Part shown: one piece after another, positions 9,323-19,763 of the stretch
How positions within the stretch are numbered: the first letter of the stretch is position 1
How the letters are laid out: each line of letters opens with the position of its first letter
Assembly (NCBI GenBank): GCA_046538485.1
Contig: JBKHIT010000001.1
Span: 1 to 64,000, forward strand
Reading direction: 5' to 3'
Source of the DNA: Candidatus Brocadiia bacterium
GTDB lineage: Bacteria; Planctomycetota; Brocadiia; SM23-32
Length of the DNA stretch: 64,000 bases
Position numbers and translations under genes: made by a program
The notes under the pieces: generated by a model
Seen by the model: the letters and a program-made list of their open reading frames with translations, nothing else
The model's database searches: none
What the model was told of the DNA's origin: nothing

Positions 9323-11035
9323 CTACCGCTCCATTTCAATCAAACGCAACTCGATCTTCCGCACATCGCAAATGGTCTCCCCAACCTGCCTTAATGCCCG
9401 AAGGCGCAATTCCTGCCGCCCTTCCTTGAGATTCACAACGCCCATCTTCAGGGGACGGAACTCCTTCTCGTATGACTCCGAACGTGGAATTCGGTCGCGC
9501 TCGGTCTTCAAAGGCGGGTCAAACGGTTCCTCAATCGTCGCGCTTGTCGAAGCCTCTCCGCATACAACTTCGACTTTCGCCCCCGTCTCGCTCTCCGGAC
9601 AGGTATAAAATACCGTTACTTCGTATCGGCCGGCATTCGCAATATCAAGATCCCAATGGATTTCATCGTCAATATTCTGCCAATCCGTGAAAAACGATGC
9701 GTTGGGATGAATCGAACTCCACGTAATCTCGCCACCGGGGACCCCATCCTGCGCGTTCAGATCCGTCTTCGGAAACGCCGGATACCCGACCGGCAAAGGA
9801 GGTTCCACGGTCTCGGATGGAATCGCATCGTCACGCCACTGTTCTATCCGGTTTTTCAGTTCCTGAAAAAATTGTGGCTCTTCCGCGGAGAGGTCCCTGC
9901 GCTGCCCGAAATCGTTTTCCATATCGAAAAGCCCATCCGAATGCCCTCCCGCCCGGTATTTCTGAGTCCGGATCCCGGTAATTTCGCCGTCGTGGCTCTG
10001 CGAGTAGATTACCCGATCAGGCCAGCTATCTGTTTCACCATCAAAAATTGGCTTAAGGCTCACACCGTCAAGCGGTTTGGTATCGGTCAGCGAAATCCCG
10101 GCTATATCCGCGAGCGTGGGCAGAAAATCGATCGCACCGGCAATTTGCTTTACTCTCGTTCCGGGCTCGATCTTCCCTGGCCAGTTGATAAGACATGGTG
10201 ATCGAACGCCGCCCTCTTCGGTCGAACCTTTTTTGCCGCGCAGATCACCGTTCCAGCGCCAGGTGTTCGGTCCATTGTCAGAAAGATAAATAAAAATGGT
10301 ATCCCCTCTCCGTCCGAGCTCGTCCACTTTATCAACCAGTCGACCGACGTTCCAATCAACATTTTCGCACATGGCCAACACCGCCCGGGTGACGTCCCCA
10401 TCCTCTTTATCGGGATCCCGGTGACGCATTTCCAGCTCCTTTCCAGAAAATTTCTCATAAAACCGGTCGGGAACCTGGAACGGTGAATGCGGCACATTGT
10501 AGGGAACGTAGCAGAAAAACGGGCGATCACGATTCGTCTCGATAAATTCCATCGCCTTCTCCGTCAGGACATCGATGATGTAATCGCTGTTTTCAACATC
10601 TTCCCCATTATGATCGAGCGTGGTTGAAAAATAATTGCTCCAGTGCCCGCAGCAAAACCCGAAAAATTCTTCAAAACCACGGCCATTCGGATGGTATGGA
10701 TAAGCCGAGCCGCTGTGCCATTTTCCGAAACAACCAGTGGCATAGCCAGCCGATTGAAAAACATCTCCAATCGTTGTCTCGTCGAGATTCAAATACTCCG
10801 CCCGCCGCGTAACGCCATGGACACCCGTCCGCGGAAAATAACGTCCCGTGAGAACTTCCGCCCGAGTCGGAGCACAAAGTGGCTGCACGTAGAATGACTC
10901 AAAAACGGCCCCTTCGCGTCCGAGCTCATCAATCCGGGGCGTGGAAAGGTTTGTATTCCCGTTCAGACTCAAATCGCCCCATCCTTGATCATCAGTGAGA
11001 ATCAACACAACGTTAGGTCTTCTGTTATCGGCCAT
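9323..11035 (-). CDS. Arylsulfatase (Cys-type, S1 family)
   Basis: PNVVLILTDDQG, CAPTRAEVLTG (CxPxR), GKWH, SDNG motifs. Confidence 0.95.
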   Translation of the reverse strand: MADNRRPNVVLILTDDQGWGDLSLNGNTNLSTPRIDELGREGAVFESFYVQPLCAPTRAEVLTGRYFPRTGVHGVTRRAEYLNLDETTIGDVFQSAGYATGCFGKWHSGSAYPYHPNGRGFEEFFGFCCGHWSNYFSTTLDHNGEDVENSDYIIDVLTEKAMEFIETNRDRPFFCYVPYNVPHSPFQVPDRFYEKFSGKELEMRHRDPDKEDGDVTRAVLAMCENVDWNVGRLVDKVDELGRRGDTIFIYLSDNGPNTWRWNGDLRGKKGSTEEGGVRSPCLINWPGKIEPGTRVKQIAGAIDFLPTLADIAGISLTDTKPLDGVSLKPIFDGETDSWPDRVIYSQSHDGEITGIRTQKYRAGGHSDGLFDMENDFGQRRDLSAEEPQFFQELKNRIEQWRDDAIPSETVEPPLPVGYPAFPKTDLNAQDGVPGGEITWSSIHPNASFFTDWQNIDDEIHWDLDIANAGRYEVTVFYTCPESETGAKVEVVCGEASTSATIEEPFDPPLKTERDRIPRSESYEKEFRPLKMGVVNLKEGRQELRLRALRQVGETICDVRKIELRLIEMER

Positions 11036-11323
11036 TCTGTCTTCCTTTGCTTAAGATCACCAGAACGCATTTGCGAAAGCCCCTTTTTAACCCTCCCACC
11101 CGCAGCGCGTCAAACAACTACTGCCACCGCCACCCCCCGATTCGTGGACCCGACTGTCTCTTTCAGTCCCCCACTCATATTTGCATCCGCCTCTTTTCCA
11201 GTTTAGGATACATTTTGCAGAAGAAATCCAGGCATATGTAGTTCGACACCTGCATAAAAAGCATCTGAAAGTTAGAAACTTTCGGATTCCAACTAACAGA
11301 GCACTCTTTGGAGGGGACTCGCC

Positions 11324-12424
11324 ATGAAAATTGTTATTCGTGCTGGTGGAACCGGAACCCGACTCTGGCCCTGGAGCACCTCGACCCGACCGAAACAGTT
11401 TTTACCTATGTTCGAAAATAAAAGCTGTGTCCAGGTTGCCTACGAACGCTTCTCCGAAGCCGGGCTCGCTGACCCCGATGACATTTACGTATCCGTCGGA
11501 CAGGCCCACACCGAGTTTGCCACAAAACAGCTTCCTTCCCTCGACGAAAAACATCTCATCGTTGAACCCGCGAAAATGGATACAGCGGCTGCGGTTGGGC
11601 TTGAGACAATCGTAGCTGCGGGCGAAGACCCGGATGTCACCATCGCAAGCCTCGGAAGCGACCACTACGTGGAAAATCCGAATAAATTCGTCAAAGCGCT
11701 CTGGATTGCCGGCGAATTTCTCAAAAACAAACCCGATCGCCTGCTGACAATCGGCTGTGAACCGACCCGGGTCGAAACTGGTTACGGTCATATCAAAAAA
11801 GGCGACCCGCTTGAGGAACATGAAGGAGCAACGGTCTACAAAGTGGAAGAATTCACCGAAAAACCCGATCCACAAACGGCCAAAGCCTACACCGAAAGCG
11901 GTCAATACCTCTGGAATGCCAACTTCTTCGTATGGAAATCGGGAGCACTGATGGATCAGTTTGAAAAACTCGAACCGAGCATGCATGAGGGTTTTGAAGA
12001 AATGCTTGAAGCCCGCGATACGGACAGGTTCCAGGAAGTCATCAGTGAAGTCTACCCCGAGCTCAAAAAAGTTGCAATCGACTATGCTATCCTCGAACCC
12101 GCCGCAGAATCCGGTACGATGGCCGTCCTGCCCGTGTCAATGGGCTGGAGCGATATAGGAAGCTGGGGCAGCATCACTGATGCCTTTCCGCCGGATGAAA
12201 ACGGAAACCTGATTGAAGGCCCCGTCAAACTTCAGGACGTGCAAAACTGCACAATTTACTGCAAAAATCCGGACCGGAAACTCATAACGGCGGTCGGTAT
12301 CGAAGATCTTGCCATTGTCGAAACCCAAGATGCCCTCCTGATCTTACCCCGCGAAAGAGCGGGAGAGGTCAAACAACTCGTGCAGGCTCTCAAAGAAACG
12401 GAAGAGCACGCGGAGCTGACCTGA
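11324..12424 (+). CDS. manC: Mannose-1-phosphate guanylyltransferase
   Basis: AGGTGTRLWP...PKQF, EP..DTA, SDH, GYGHI, FTEKP, WNA, IDYAILE, WSDIGSW; GGAGG RBS. Confidence 0.93.
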   Translation: MKIVIRAGGTGTRLWPWSTSTRPKQFLPMFENKSCVQVAYERFSEAGLADPDDIYVSVGQAHTEFATKQLPSLDEKHLIVEPAKMDTAAAVGLETIVAAGEDPDVTIASLGSDHYVENPNKFVKALWIAGEFLKNKPDRLLTIGCEPTRVETGYGHIKKGDPLEEHEGATVYKVEEFTEKPDPQTAKAYTESGQYLWNANFFVWKSGALMDQFEKLEPSMHEGFEEMLEARDTDRFQEVISEVYPELKKVAIDYAILEPAAESGTMAVLPVSMGWSDIGSWGSITDAFPPDENGNLIEGPVKLQDVQNCTIYCKNPDRKLITAVGIEDLAIVETQDALLILPRERAGEVKQLVQALKETEEHAELT

Positions 12425-12968
12425 GTCGGTGAATTCCGGATAATTCATAACCCCGGAAGTATAGCTCTCTTAGTAGCCTAGCCTGCATCTTACGGATGCA
12501 GGCCATATAAAACGGCGCATGCCGTTTAGATGCAAGAACTTACGACAATAAGAAGTGCTCACAATTTCCGGCCAGTGCTACTGTGCCGCAAGATGTCTGT
12601 ATCTTCCTTGTGAAAAAGCAGTTAAAGCTAATCGTTTCTCATCGTAGCGTTCGCCTCGTTGCTGATCACTGATTTTAAGTTGTCAGATTTTATGCGCCGT
12701 TTTTTTAGCCCGGATTTTTGGCTGAGAAGGGTTATGAACGCTGTTCAATAAAGATTCTACGCTGATTGGGCAACAATAGCTCCCGATTATCCGTAAAATC
12801 CGGGCTAGGTTTTTGGATTGCGATCGTCCGGCAACTAACTTTTGGGCTGATGCGACAGGGCTATCTCTTTCCCGACAGTCCGCGGCAATATCTATGAACT
12901 GGCCCTTATTTGCCACCCCTTATATGATATACTGGGGGACTGGCAGAATTGACGAGGAGCTTTTTTCA

Positions 12969-13844
12969 GTGAAAACACGTGATTTTCTGGCACTCCTGCG
13001 ACCGCGTCACTGGGCGAAAAATGTATTTGTCTTTGCCCCTGTTGTCTTCGCAGGACGCCTTAACTTTGCTGGCGATATGCTGAAAACAGCGCTGGCGTTC
13101 GTTGCGTTCTGCCTGTTGAGCAGTTCCGCCTATGCTTACAACGATATCGCTGATCGGGAGCAAGACCGACTCCATCCCCAAAAAAGGTGCCGCCCGGTTG
13201 CATCCGGTAAAATACCACCGTTATCCGCGGCGTTTGTCTCGATTATTACAGCATTGAACGGCCTTGTAATCTGTTATCTTGTTGCTGAACCGCTGTTGGT
13301 AATCGCACTGACCTACGTCGCCCTGAATATCGCTTACAGTGTCAAACTCAAAGACATCCCGCTCGTCGATGTTGTCTCCATTGCTGCCGGATTTATCATC
13401 CGTACAGTTGCTGGCGGAGTGGCCATCAATGTCCCGGTCTCAAAATGGCTGCTCAGTTGCACGTTTCTACTCTGCCTGTTCCTGGGATTCGGCAAAAGAC
13501 GCGCGGAATTGGAACAACTGGGTTATAAAAGCGCCGTCGGGCTTCGCACTGTCTTTTTTGCCTATCGGGCTCTGCTGTTAGACATTTTGCTGGCCGTTTC
13601 CGGGGTTGCATCGCTTGTGGCGTATGTTCTCTACGCCGTCAATCCCGACACGATTCGCCGATTTCACGGCCCTTTTTTCGTATGGGTTTCCCCGCTGGTT
13701 GCCTATGGTATTTACAGAACTACCCTTCTCGTGCGCGAAGGCAAAGCCGCCGGTCCCGTTGAAGCGGTATGGAAAGATTCTCGCCTTACCTCAACCGTCC
13801 TTGCCTGGGCCGTCTACGCCGCCGTCGTGGCAACCATAGCCTGA
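12969..13844 (+). CDS. UbiA-family prenyltransferase (decaprenyl-phosphate phosphoribosyltransferase-like)
   Basis: LRPRHWAKNVFVF, YNDIADREQDRLHPQKRCRPVASG, FLGFGKRRAEL; multiple TM helices; GTG 12969 after GAGGAG. Confidence 0.9.
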   Translation: MKTRDFLALLRPRHWAKNVFVFAPVVFAGRLNFAGDMLKTALAFVAFCLLSSSAYAYNDIADREQDRLHPQKRCRPVASGKIPPLSAAFVSIITALNGLVICYLVAEPLLVIALTYVALNIAYSVKLKDIPLVDVVSIAAGFIIRTVAGGVAINVPVSKWLLSCTFLLCLFLGFGKRRAELEQLGYKSAVGLRTVFFAYRALLLDILLAVSGVASLVAYVLYAVNPDTIRRFHGPFFVWVSPLVAYGIYRTTLLVREGKAAGPVEAVWKDSRLTSTVLAWAVYAAVVATIA

Positions 13845-13955
13845 ACGATCTCGTGTGTGTATCCCAGCGTTTTGAGACAGAAAGTTATCGGTCCCGAATC
13901 CCATCTTCGCGGGCTGAAAGCCTACCATAAATCGGCTCCCAGAATACCGTATTAG

Positions 13956-14122
13956 GAGCGGACTGGACTTCAGTCCCGCTCCGGCGGGGCTGGAGTTCAG
14001 AACGCGGTCCGGGAACCTGCTGGTTTCGCGGCGGCGCGCTGGCCCGGTGTGTTTGGCCAGCGCCGAAACTGCGGGTCTAACGACAAACGGCAGGTCCGGC
14101 TCGGCGATCCGGACCTACAGCT
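13956..14122 (+). repeat. REP-like dispersed repeat, family A, copy 1
   Basis: GAGCGGACTGGACTTCAG...GGCTGGAGTTCAGAACGCGG...CGGCAGGTCCGGCTCGGCGATCCGGACC, shared with copies at 25901, 28865 and 35013. Confidence 0.85.
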
Positions 14123-14413
14123 CTCGGGCCTCTTCCAAAATTGTAGCAGCTGTTGGTCTTTGAAACTTGCCGGGAGATACCCCCGCCCTCTCACGCCAAG
14201 CGAATACGGAGCGGTCTACAACCAGCCCCTGCCGCCAGAAACCACCGCCCAAAATACAACCGGACACCCGATAACATCCTCCCCTGGCATTTGAAGTCCA
14301 CGCTATTCACGTACTAAGATATTATGCGATCTGTCCGGTCTATCGGTAGCGGAGCGTAGTCTCCGAGGCGGACCGGCCTGGTCCTCCTGAAATTAACAGG
14401 ATCCGAGAAAACA

Positions 14414-15601
14414 GTGTATAAATCACGAGTCGCTATACTCAAAACCAATCCCGATACCGTAACTCAGGATTACGCCAGACTTCTGGAGCTGGCAAATTGC
14501 GCGGGATGCCTGGATCCTGACGCCGAAACGCTTTTGAAGATCAACATTAGCTGGCAGCATTTTTTCCCGGGTTGCTCGACCACCCCCTGGCAGCTCGACG
14601 GGGTGATTCAAGCACTCCTGGAATCGGGATTTGGCCGGGACCAGCTCTCCGCCTGCCATAACCGCACCGTCGTAGTCAGCGCCAAAAAAGGCGAAGTCGA
14701 AAACGCCCACCTGCCCGTCGTTAAACAACACGATATCCGAAACGTCCACCTCTATGAAGAAAAAGAAGAATGGGTGCATATTGAATCGGCGATCGGGGAC
14801 GTCATGGATAGGCTTCTTGCGCTCAACAAAATTTATCCAGACGGATTTCATATTCCCCGACGTCTGATAGGTGCAAATATTATTCAACTCCCCACAGTAA
14901 AAACGCATGTATTCACAACGATAACCGGTGCGATGAAAAATGCTTTCGGGGGACTTCTTAACGAAAAACGACACTGGGCTCATGAAGCCATACACGAAGC
15001 ACTCGTCGATCTGCTGATGATCCAGCAGAAGATTCATCCGGGCTTGTTCGCCGTAATGGACGGGACTTTTGCCGGCGACGGACCGGGTCCCCGTTGTATG
15101 GAACCTCAGATAAAAAATGTAATTCTGGCCTCCGCCGACCAGGTAGCCATTGATGCGGTAGCCGCTCGGCTGATGGGATTTGATCCGCTGGAGGATATTA
15201 AATTCATCCGCATCGCCCACGAACTGGGCCTCGGATGCGGGGATACGTCGGAGATCGAGATTGTCGGTGACACCGAAGCGGCCCGGGAGAATTGGCATTT
15301 TCAAGGCCCTTACCGAAATATGACCTTCGCTGCCCGCATGCAACACGCGATTTACTGGGGGCCTTTGCGTTCTCTGCTGCACTGGACGCTGAAAAGTCCG
15401 CTCGCATTCTGGTCCTATCTCGCGAGCATTTTCTACCACGATTTCTACTGGTATCCCCTGATCGGCCGTCCGAGGGTAGCGGAAATGCTGCAGACCGAGT
15501 GGGGAAAACTCTTCCAGAAATACCGTAACCGCTGGGGTGATGGAAATTGTCGGGAAAGCGGCAACCCATGTGCCGGAGCCACTTCGAGCGCGTCACACTG
15601 A
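14414..15601 (+). CDS. DUF362 domain-containing (putative Fe-S) protein
   Basis: LLKINISW, LPTVKTH, TGAMKNAFG, DGTFAGDGPGP, SADQVAIDAVAARLMGFDP. Confidence 0.85.
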   Translation: MYKSRVAILKTNPDTVTQDYARLLELANCAGCLDPDAETLLKINISWQHFFPGCSTTPWQLDGVIQALLESGFGRDQLSACHNRTVVVSAKKGEVENAHLPVVKQHDIRNVHLYEEKEEWVHIESAIGDVMDRLLALNKIYPDGFHIPRRLIGANIIQLPTVKTHVFTTITGAMKNAFGGLLNEKRHWAHEAIHEALVDLLMIQQKIHPGLFAVMDGTFAGDGPGPRCMEPQIKNVILASADQVAIDAVAARLMGFDPLEDIKFIRIAHELGLGCGDTSEIEIVGDTEAARENWHFQGPYRNMTFAARMQHAIYWGPLRSLLHWTLKSPLAFWSYLASIFYHDFYWYPLIGRPRVAEMLQTEWGKLFQKYRNRWGDGNCRESGNPCAGATSSASH

Positions 15602-15837
15602 AAGGAAACGCCTTGGACGGTTGGTCACAAAGAAACGATTTGGCCGACGGGAAAACGTGCTTGGGGATGGCTGTGGTTTGGGGATGTATCATTGTCATAG
15701 CACTCGTCCTGGACGCCTTGGGTTACCATCCTATCAGCTCATGCCTCCTGAGCGTTCTGGGCGGAATCCTTGGGTATTCTTTGCTGAAAGCAATACAGAG
15801 CCTGTGGGCCTACTTCTCCAAAAAATCTGAGCTGTGA
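15547..15837 (+). CDS. Small hypothetical membrane protein
   Basis: Two hydrophobic segments; overlaps the DUF362 stop; start uncertain. Confidence 0.4.
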   Translation: MSGKRQPMCRSHFERVTLKGNALDGWSQRNDLADGKTCLGMAVVWGCIIVIALVLDALGYHPISSCLLSVLGGILGYSLLKAIQSLWAYFSKKSEL

Positions 15838-16158
15838 CGAACCAAATCCCCCGATTGCAAAATACCCATAAATGATGGGGGCCTCTCGTGCCCGAGGCTC
15901 ACCGATTCTGGCCGCTGCCAGTCCGCCCATGGTTGACTTGCGCAACTGATTGGTTGCGTCGGGGTTAGGGCTCGCTTCAACTCCGGCGCCAACTTGCGGG
16001 CAAGTTAATAATTTATGAAAATGATGAGGGCAAAATAATTAAATTTGCCTGTATACTCCGCTGGAGTAACCATCAACCAGGGACCGCTAGAGCAAAAGGT
16101 CAAACTCTGAATGGCTTTCTTATTCAAAACAGACTTTCCCCCGAAGGAGGTCGGCGAA

Positions 16159-18585
16159 TTGATTCATAAAAGGGCCTTATTGATCTCTTTGTTTGGCAAT
16201 TTTTTCCAACCGCTACTGGGTACCCAACGCAGCGTCGGAAGCGGACTTTTCATCTTGTTCATGTTCACCTTGGCGGTAACAGCCGCTGCCTCCGAGGCGG
16301 GATTGACTCTCGTTAAGAATGGAAAATCCAACGCCGAGATCGTCATTCCTTCTGACGCGCCGCAGGCCAAGCAAGCGGCGGCAGAACTGCAGAAATATGT
16401 CAAGAAAATGAGCGGTGCGCAGTTACCCGTAATTGCCGAAGGCAAAGAAAAAGGCGAACCTATAACAATCCTGGTGGGTCATACCGCAGCGGCCAAAAAG
16501 TTGGGGGTAAACATCCCCTCGGGCTACGAGCCTTCCATCCGTCCGGGCTACGGCGAGGAAGAAGGCTACGTGCTCAAAACAAAAGGCAAAAAAGTCATCA
16601 TGGCGGGAAATTCAGAGGGGCCATACCAGGGGACCCTCTACGCAGTTTACGCGTTTCTGGAAAAACTCGGGTGCCGCTGGTATTTCCCGGGAGCCTGGGG
16701 TGAAGTGGTACCAAAAAACAAAACGGTCAGCATCCCGCCGCTTGACATTGAAAGGCATCCGGATTTCGCGATTCGCGACGCCGGGATCAAAGCCTACGGA
16801 GACAATTGGAAAACGAAAGTGGGGTTCAGCAATCGCAACCTCGGTTACCCACTTGTCGGCGATGGTTTTCTCGGGTATCTCGTTCCTCCCGATGAATACT
16901 TTGAAGAACATCCCGAATATTTCGCCATGGGTAAGGACGGCAAACGCCACCGGGGACGTCATCCGCGACACACGATGCTCTGCCTGTCCAACGACGAGAT
17001 GTATGAGGAAGCGGTGCGCAATCTTAAGCTCGCGTTTCAGGGCAAGAAAAAAAGCATCCGTTGCGCGGGTGAGAAAGGTTTCGGCATCAGTCCTCCGGAC
17101 GGCCAGCCGTTCTGCTATTGCGAATCATGCCTGGAGGCCAGTCAGAATTTTCATTATCCAAAATATTTCCCCGAACGCATGATGAGCGAGGAGTACTTCG
17201 GCTTCGCAGCACGTTTGGCACGCGAATTCCCGAAAAAATGGACGTCGACAATGGCCTACTCGTTGCGCGTAATGCCGCCGCAGGGCGTCGAACTGCCGCC
17301 AAACGTCGCGGTTAACGTCTTCCCCATTACCACATGTGCCCTGCATGCGGGCACAAATCCCGGTTGCTGGCGTCGACAGGAAACCCTGAAGATTATCTCG
17401 GGCTGGCGCGAGCTCACACCACATGTGGTTGTGCGGCATTACGTCCCGGGACTCCTTTCGGTTTATGGAGCCGGTCAGCGGGCCGTTGTGCCGGAGCGTG
17501 ACTCGGCTGTGTTTGGCAGGGAAGCATCTGTCTTGAAGGAGATGGGCGTTAAAGGATGCACGGCAGCAGCCTGGGGCAACGCTGGCAAATCCTTTATGGC
17601 AACCTGGCTAAGCTATTACATCCGCGGAAAGCTTACCTGGGATGTCGACACCGATGTTGATGGGCTCAAAAGAGATTTTTACACGAAATTTTTTGGCCGT
17701 GAAGCAGGCGCGCATGTGCGGCGCTGGTGGGACGCCTGCGAAGACGCACTCGGCCGGTCCACCTGCCATGCTCACGAGGACTGGGTGGCAGTCAAGCACA
17801 TCTACACTGTCCCTTTCACGAAAAAGATCCACAAACACGTCGAGGCCGCTACCAGAGCAAAAGCCAGTGCCCAACAGCGGGAACGTATCAAAGCTTTCGC
17901 CCTCATCGCGGACCATCTGGAGGCATACGCAGCCATGAATGAAGCCATCAGCCGGCTCGACTACTCCAGCGCAATTAAAGCTTCGGAACGTATGGTCGAA
18001 GACGTGCGCAAACTCAACGAGATTTACGAGTTTTTCGGCGCGGGTAACCCCTCGAAGAAACAGACCAAAGAGCTTAAAAGCATCGCCGCCAGAGTTGATG
18101 GGAACAAGGGCTCTCTGGTCGCACCACTGCCTCTGAACATGAGATTTACCCGCGACCGGTTCAACGAAGGTATTCTGGCGGAATGGTATGCGCCAGAGTT
18201 CGACGATTCGGCCTGGGGCACCGAAAACAGCTTCCTGACATGGGACCAGCAGGATGAACCCGAAGATGCCAAAGGGCACGACTACGACGGGTATGGCTGG
18301 TACAGGGGCGAGATCGAGATCGACGACAAATGGGCCGACAAGCCGATGCGCCTCTATATTGGCGGAATTATCAACGAAGGCTGGGTCTGGGTCAACGGGA
18401 AATATCTGGGCCACAAAAATCATAAACTCTGGTGGGGTCGCCCGCATGAATTCGACATGGAGATAACGGAGCTGATTGAACCCGGACAGAGAAATACGGT
18501 TGCGATTCGCGTCTTCAACGACGCGGAGATCGGAGGACTTTACCGACGGGGCTTCATCTGGGCACCGAAAGAAGGCGGAAAATAG
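16159..18585 (+). CDS. Secreted DUF4838 domain protein with C-terminal GH2-like sugar-binding domain
   Basis: AAELQKYVKKMSGA, GTLYAVYAFLEKLGCRWYFPG, YFEEHPEYFA, LCLSN; C-terminal YDGYGWYR...VWVNG...NTVAIRV. TTG 16159 after AAGGAGG. Confidence 0.8.
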   Translation: MIHKRALLISLFGNFFQPLLGTQRSVGSGLFILFMFTLAVTAAASEAGLTLVKNGKSNAEIVIPSDAPQAKQAAAELQKYVKKMSGAQLPVIAEGKEKGEPITILVGHTAAAKKLGVNIPSGYEPSIRPGYGEEEGYVLKTKGKKVIMAGNSEGPYQGTLYAVYAFLEKLGCRWYFPGAWGEVVPKNKTVSIPPLDIERHPDFAIRDAGIKAYGDNWKTKVGFSNRNLGYPLVGDGFLGYLVPPDEYFEEHPEYFAMGKDGKRHRGRHPRHTMLCLSNDEMYEEAVRNLKLAFQGKKKSIRCAGEKGFGISPPDGQPFCYCESCLEASQNFHYPKYFPERMMSEEYFGFAARLAREFPKKWTSTMAYSLRVMPPQGVELPPNVAVNVFPITTCALHAGTNPGCWRRQETLKIISGWRELTPHVVVRHYVPGLLSVYGAGQRAVVPERDSAVFGREASVLKEMGVKGCTAAAWGNAGKSFMATWLSYYIRGKLTWDVDTDVDGLKRDFYTKFFGREAGAHVRRWWDACEDALGRSTCHAHEDWVAVKHIYTVPFTKKIHKHVEAATRAKASAQQRERIKAFALIADHLEAYAAMNEAISRLDYSSAIKASERMVEDVRKLNEIYEFFGAGNPSKKQTKELKSIAARVDGNKGSLVAPLPLNMRFTRDRFNEGILAEWYAPEFDDSAWGTENSFLTWDQQDEPEDAKGHDYDGYGWYRGEIEIDDKWADKPMRLYIGGIINEGWVWVNGKYLGHKNHKLWWGRPHEFDMEITELIEPGQRNTVAIRVFNDAEIGGLYRRGFIWAPKEGGK

Positions 18586-18803
18586 TCATTCTGCCAGTAG
18601 CTCAGTTGGCTCATGGCTTATCCGACATTCTTAATGTGAACGCAAAACTGGCTGCAATGCTGAATTGTGATCGAGCCGCGAGGCAGATTCGCTGAATCTC
18701 TCATGCACCACCCCTGCCTCTGGCTTGTCAGCAACCCGGATCCCCATTATGATTTTTGCTTTCCTCTCGCGTTAGCCCCCAACACATCCAGAAGGACATC
18801 ACC

Positions 18804-19457
18804 ATGAACTGGGCCGCTATTTTTGACTGGGACGGGGTTATCGTCGATTCTTCGCCGTTTCATAAACTGAGCTGGGATAAGCTTGCTGACGAGGAAAATC
18901 GTATTCTCCCGGAAGGGCATTTCAAAAAGGGTTTCGGCATGCGAAACGAACAGATCATCCCCGAAATCCTCGAGTGGACGACCGATCCCGAGGAAATCGT
19001 CCGGCTCTCAAATCGAAAAGAGGAACTGTACCGAGAACTTATTATTGAAAAAGGTATCTCGCCCCTCCCGGGAGTTGAAGACTGGCTGCAGGAACTGCAG
19101 GTCAATGACGTGCCTCACGCCGTAGCCTCTTCCACCGAGCGACTCAACATCATGACCAGCCTCGATGTGATGGAGATGAAACAGCAATTCGACGCCATCG
19201 TGGGGGGGGAAGACGTCGAAAACGGCAAACCGGATCCGGAAGTGTTCCTGACAGCTGCAGAAAAAGTCAGTGCACTCCCCTCACAATGCGTGGTGTTCGA
19301 AGATGCTCATGTCGGTATTGAAGCGGCTCTGGCTGCCAAAATGAAAGTGGTGGCACTGGCGACGACGCATCCGGCGGACACGCTGGAAGACGCCGATATC
19401 GTGGTAGGGTCGCTGGCGGAACTGTCGTTTCAGACTGTCGTTGATTGGTTTGAGTGA
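18804..19457 (+). CDS. HAD-superfamily phosphatase (beta-phosphoglucomutase-like)
   Basis: IFDWDGVIVDS, VASS, GKPDPEVF, VFEDAHVGIEAA. Confidence 0.93.
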   Translation: MNWAAIFDWDGVIVDSSPFHKLSWDKLADEENRILPEGHFKKGFGMRNEQIIPEILEWTTDPEEIVRLSNRKEELYRELIIEKGISPLPGVEDWLQELQVNDVPHAVASSTERLNIMTSLDVMEMKQQFDAIVGGEDVENGKPDPEVFLTAAEKVSALPSQCVVFEDAHVGIEAALAAKMKVVALATTHPADTLEDADIVVGSLAELSFQTVVDWFE

Positions 19458-19574
19458 AGGCGGTGGAGGCGTAACGTATCGAAAATGTGAGAGGCTCGAG
19501 GGACCGGTGCGGGGAAGACACATGGAACGCAACAGGAAAACAACCGCGTGAACGTATCCGACACCGGGACTTCT

Positions 19575-19680
19575 GCGTCACCCCTTCGGGGTTTGGAAAT
19601 TATGCGGCCCGAGTCCCGGGGCTTGCCCGGCGACGGGCGCGCCCCGGGCTATGTCTGCGATCGCCCCTTCTCAGGGGCTA
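19575..19680 (-). repeat. REP-like palindromic repeat, family B, copy 1
   Basis: Minus strand AGCCCCTGAGAAGGGGCG...TAGCCCGGGG...GCCCCGGG; same architecture as at 24561 and 29118; lies between convergent genes. Confidence 0.6.
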
Positions 19681-19763
19681 AAATCGACATGACGAAGCCC
19701 ACGAAGTCACCTTGCGTGACAGGTGGACCGGGGCGTCGGGCCCGGATTTGTATGTCCCGTTTG

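Noticed and set aside
14330..14380. Hairpin and ops-like CGGTAGCG upstream of DUF362
   Set aside because: Only a partial ops match and no known riboswitch consensus; too weak to call.
14423..15439. 338-aa minus-strand ORF
   Set aside because: Antisense to the DUF362 gene.
18592..18670. tRNA-like start GCCAGTAGCTCAGTTGG
   Set aside because: No T-arm (GTTCRA), anticodon arm or acceptor-stem partner follows.
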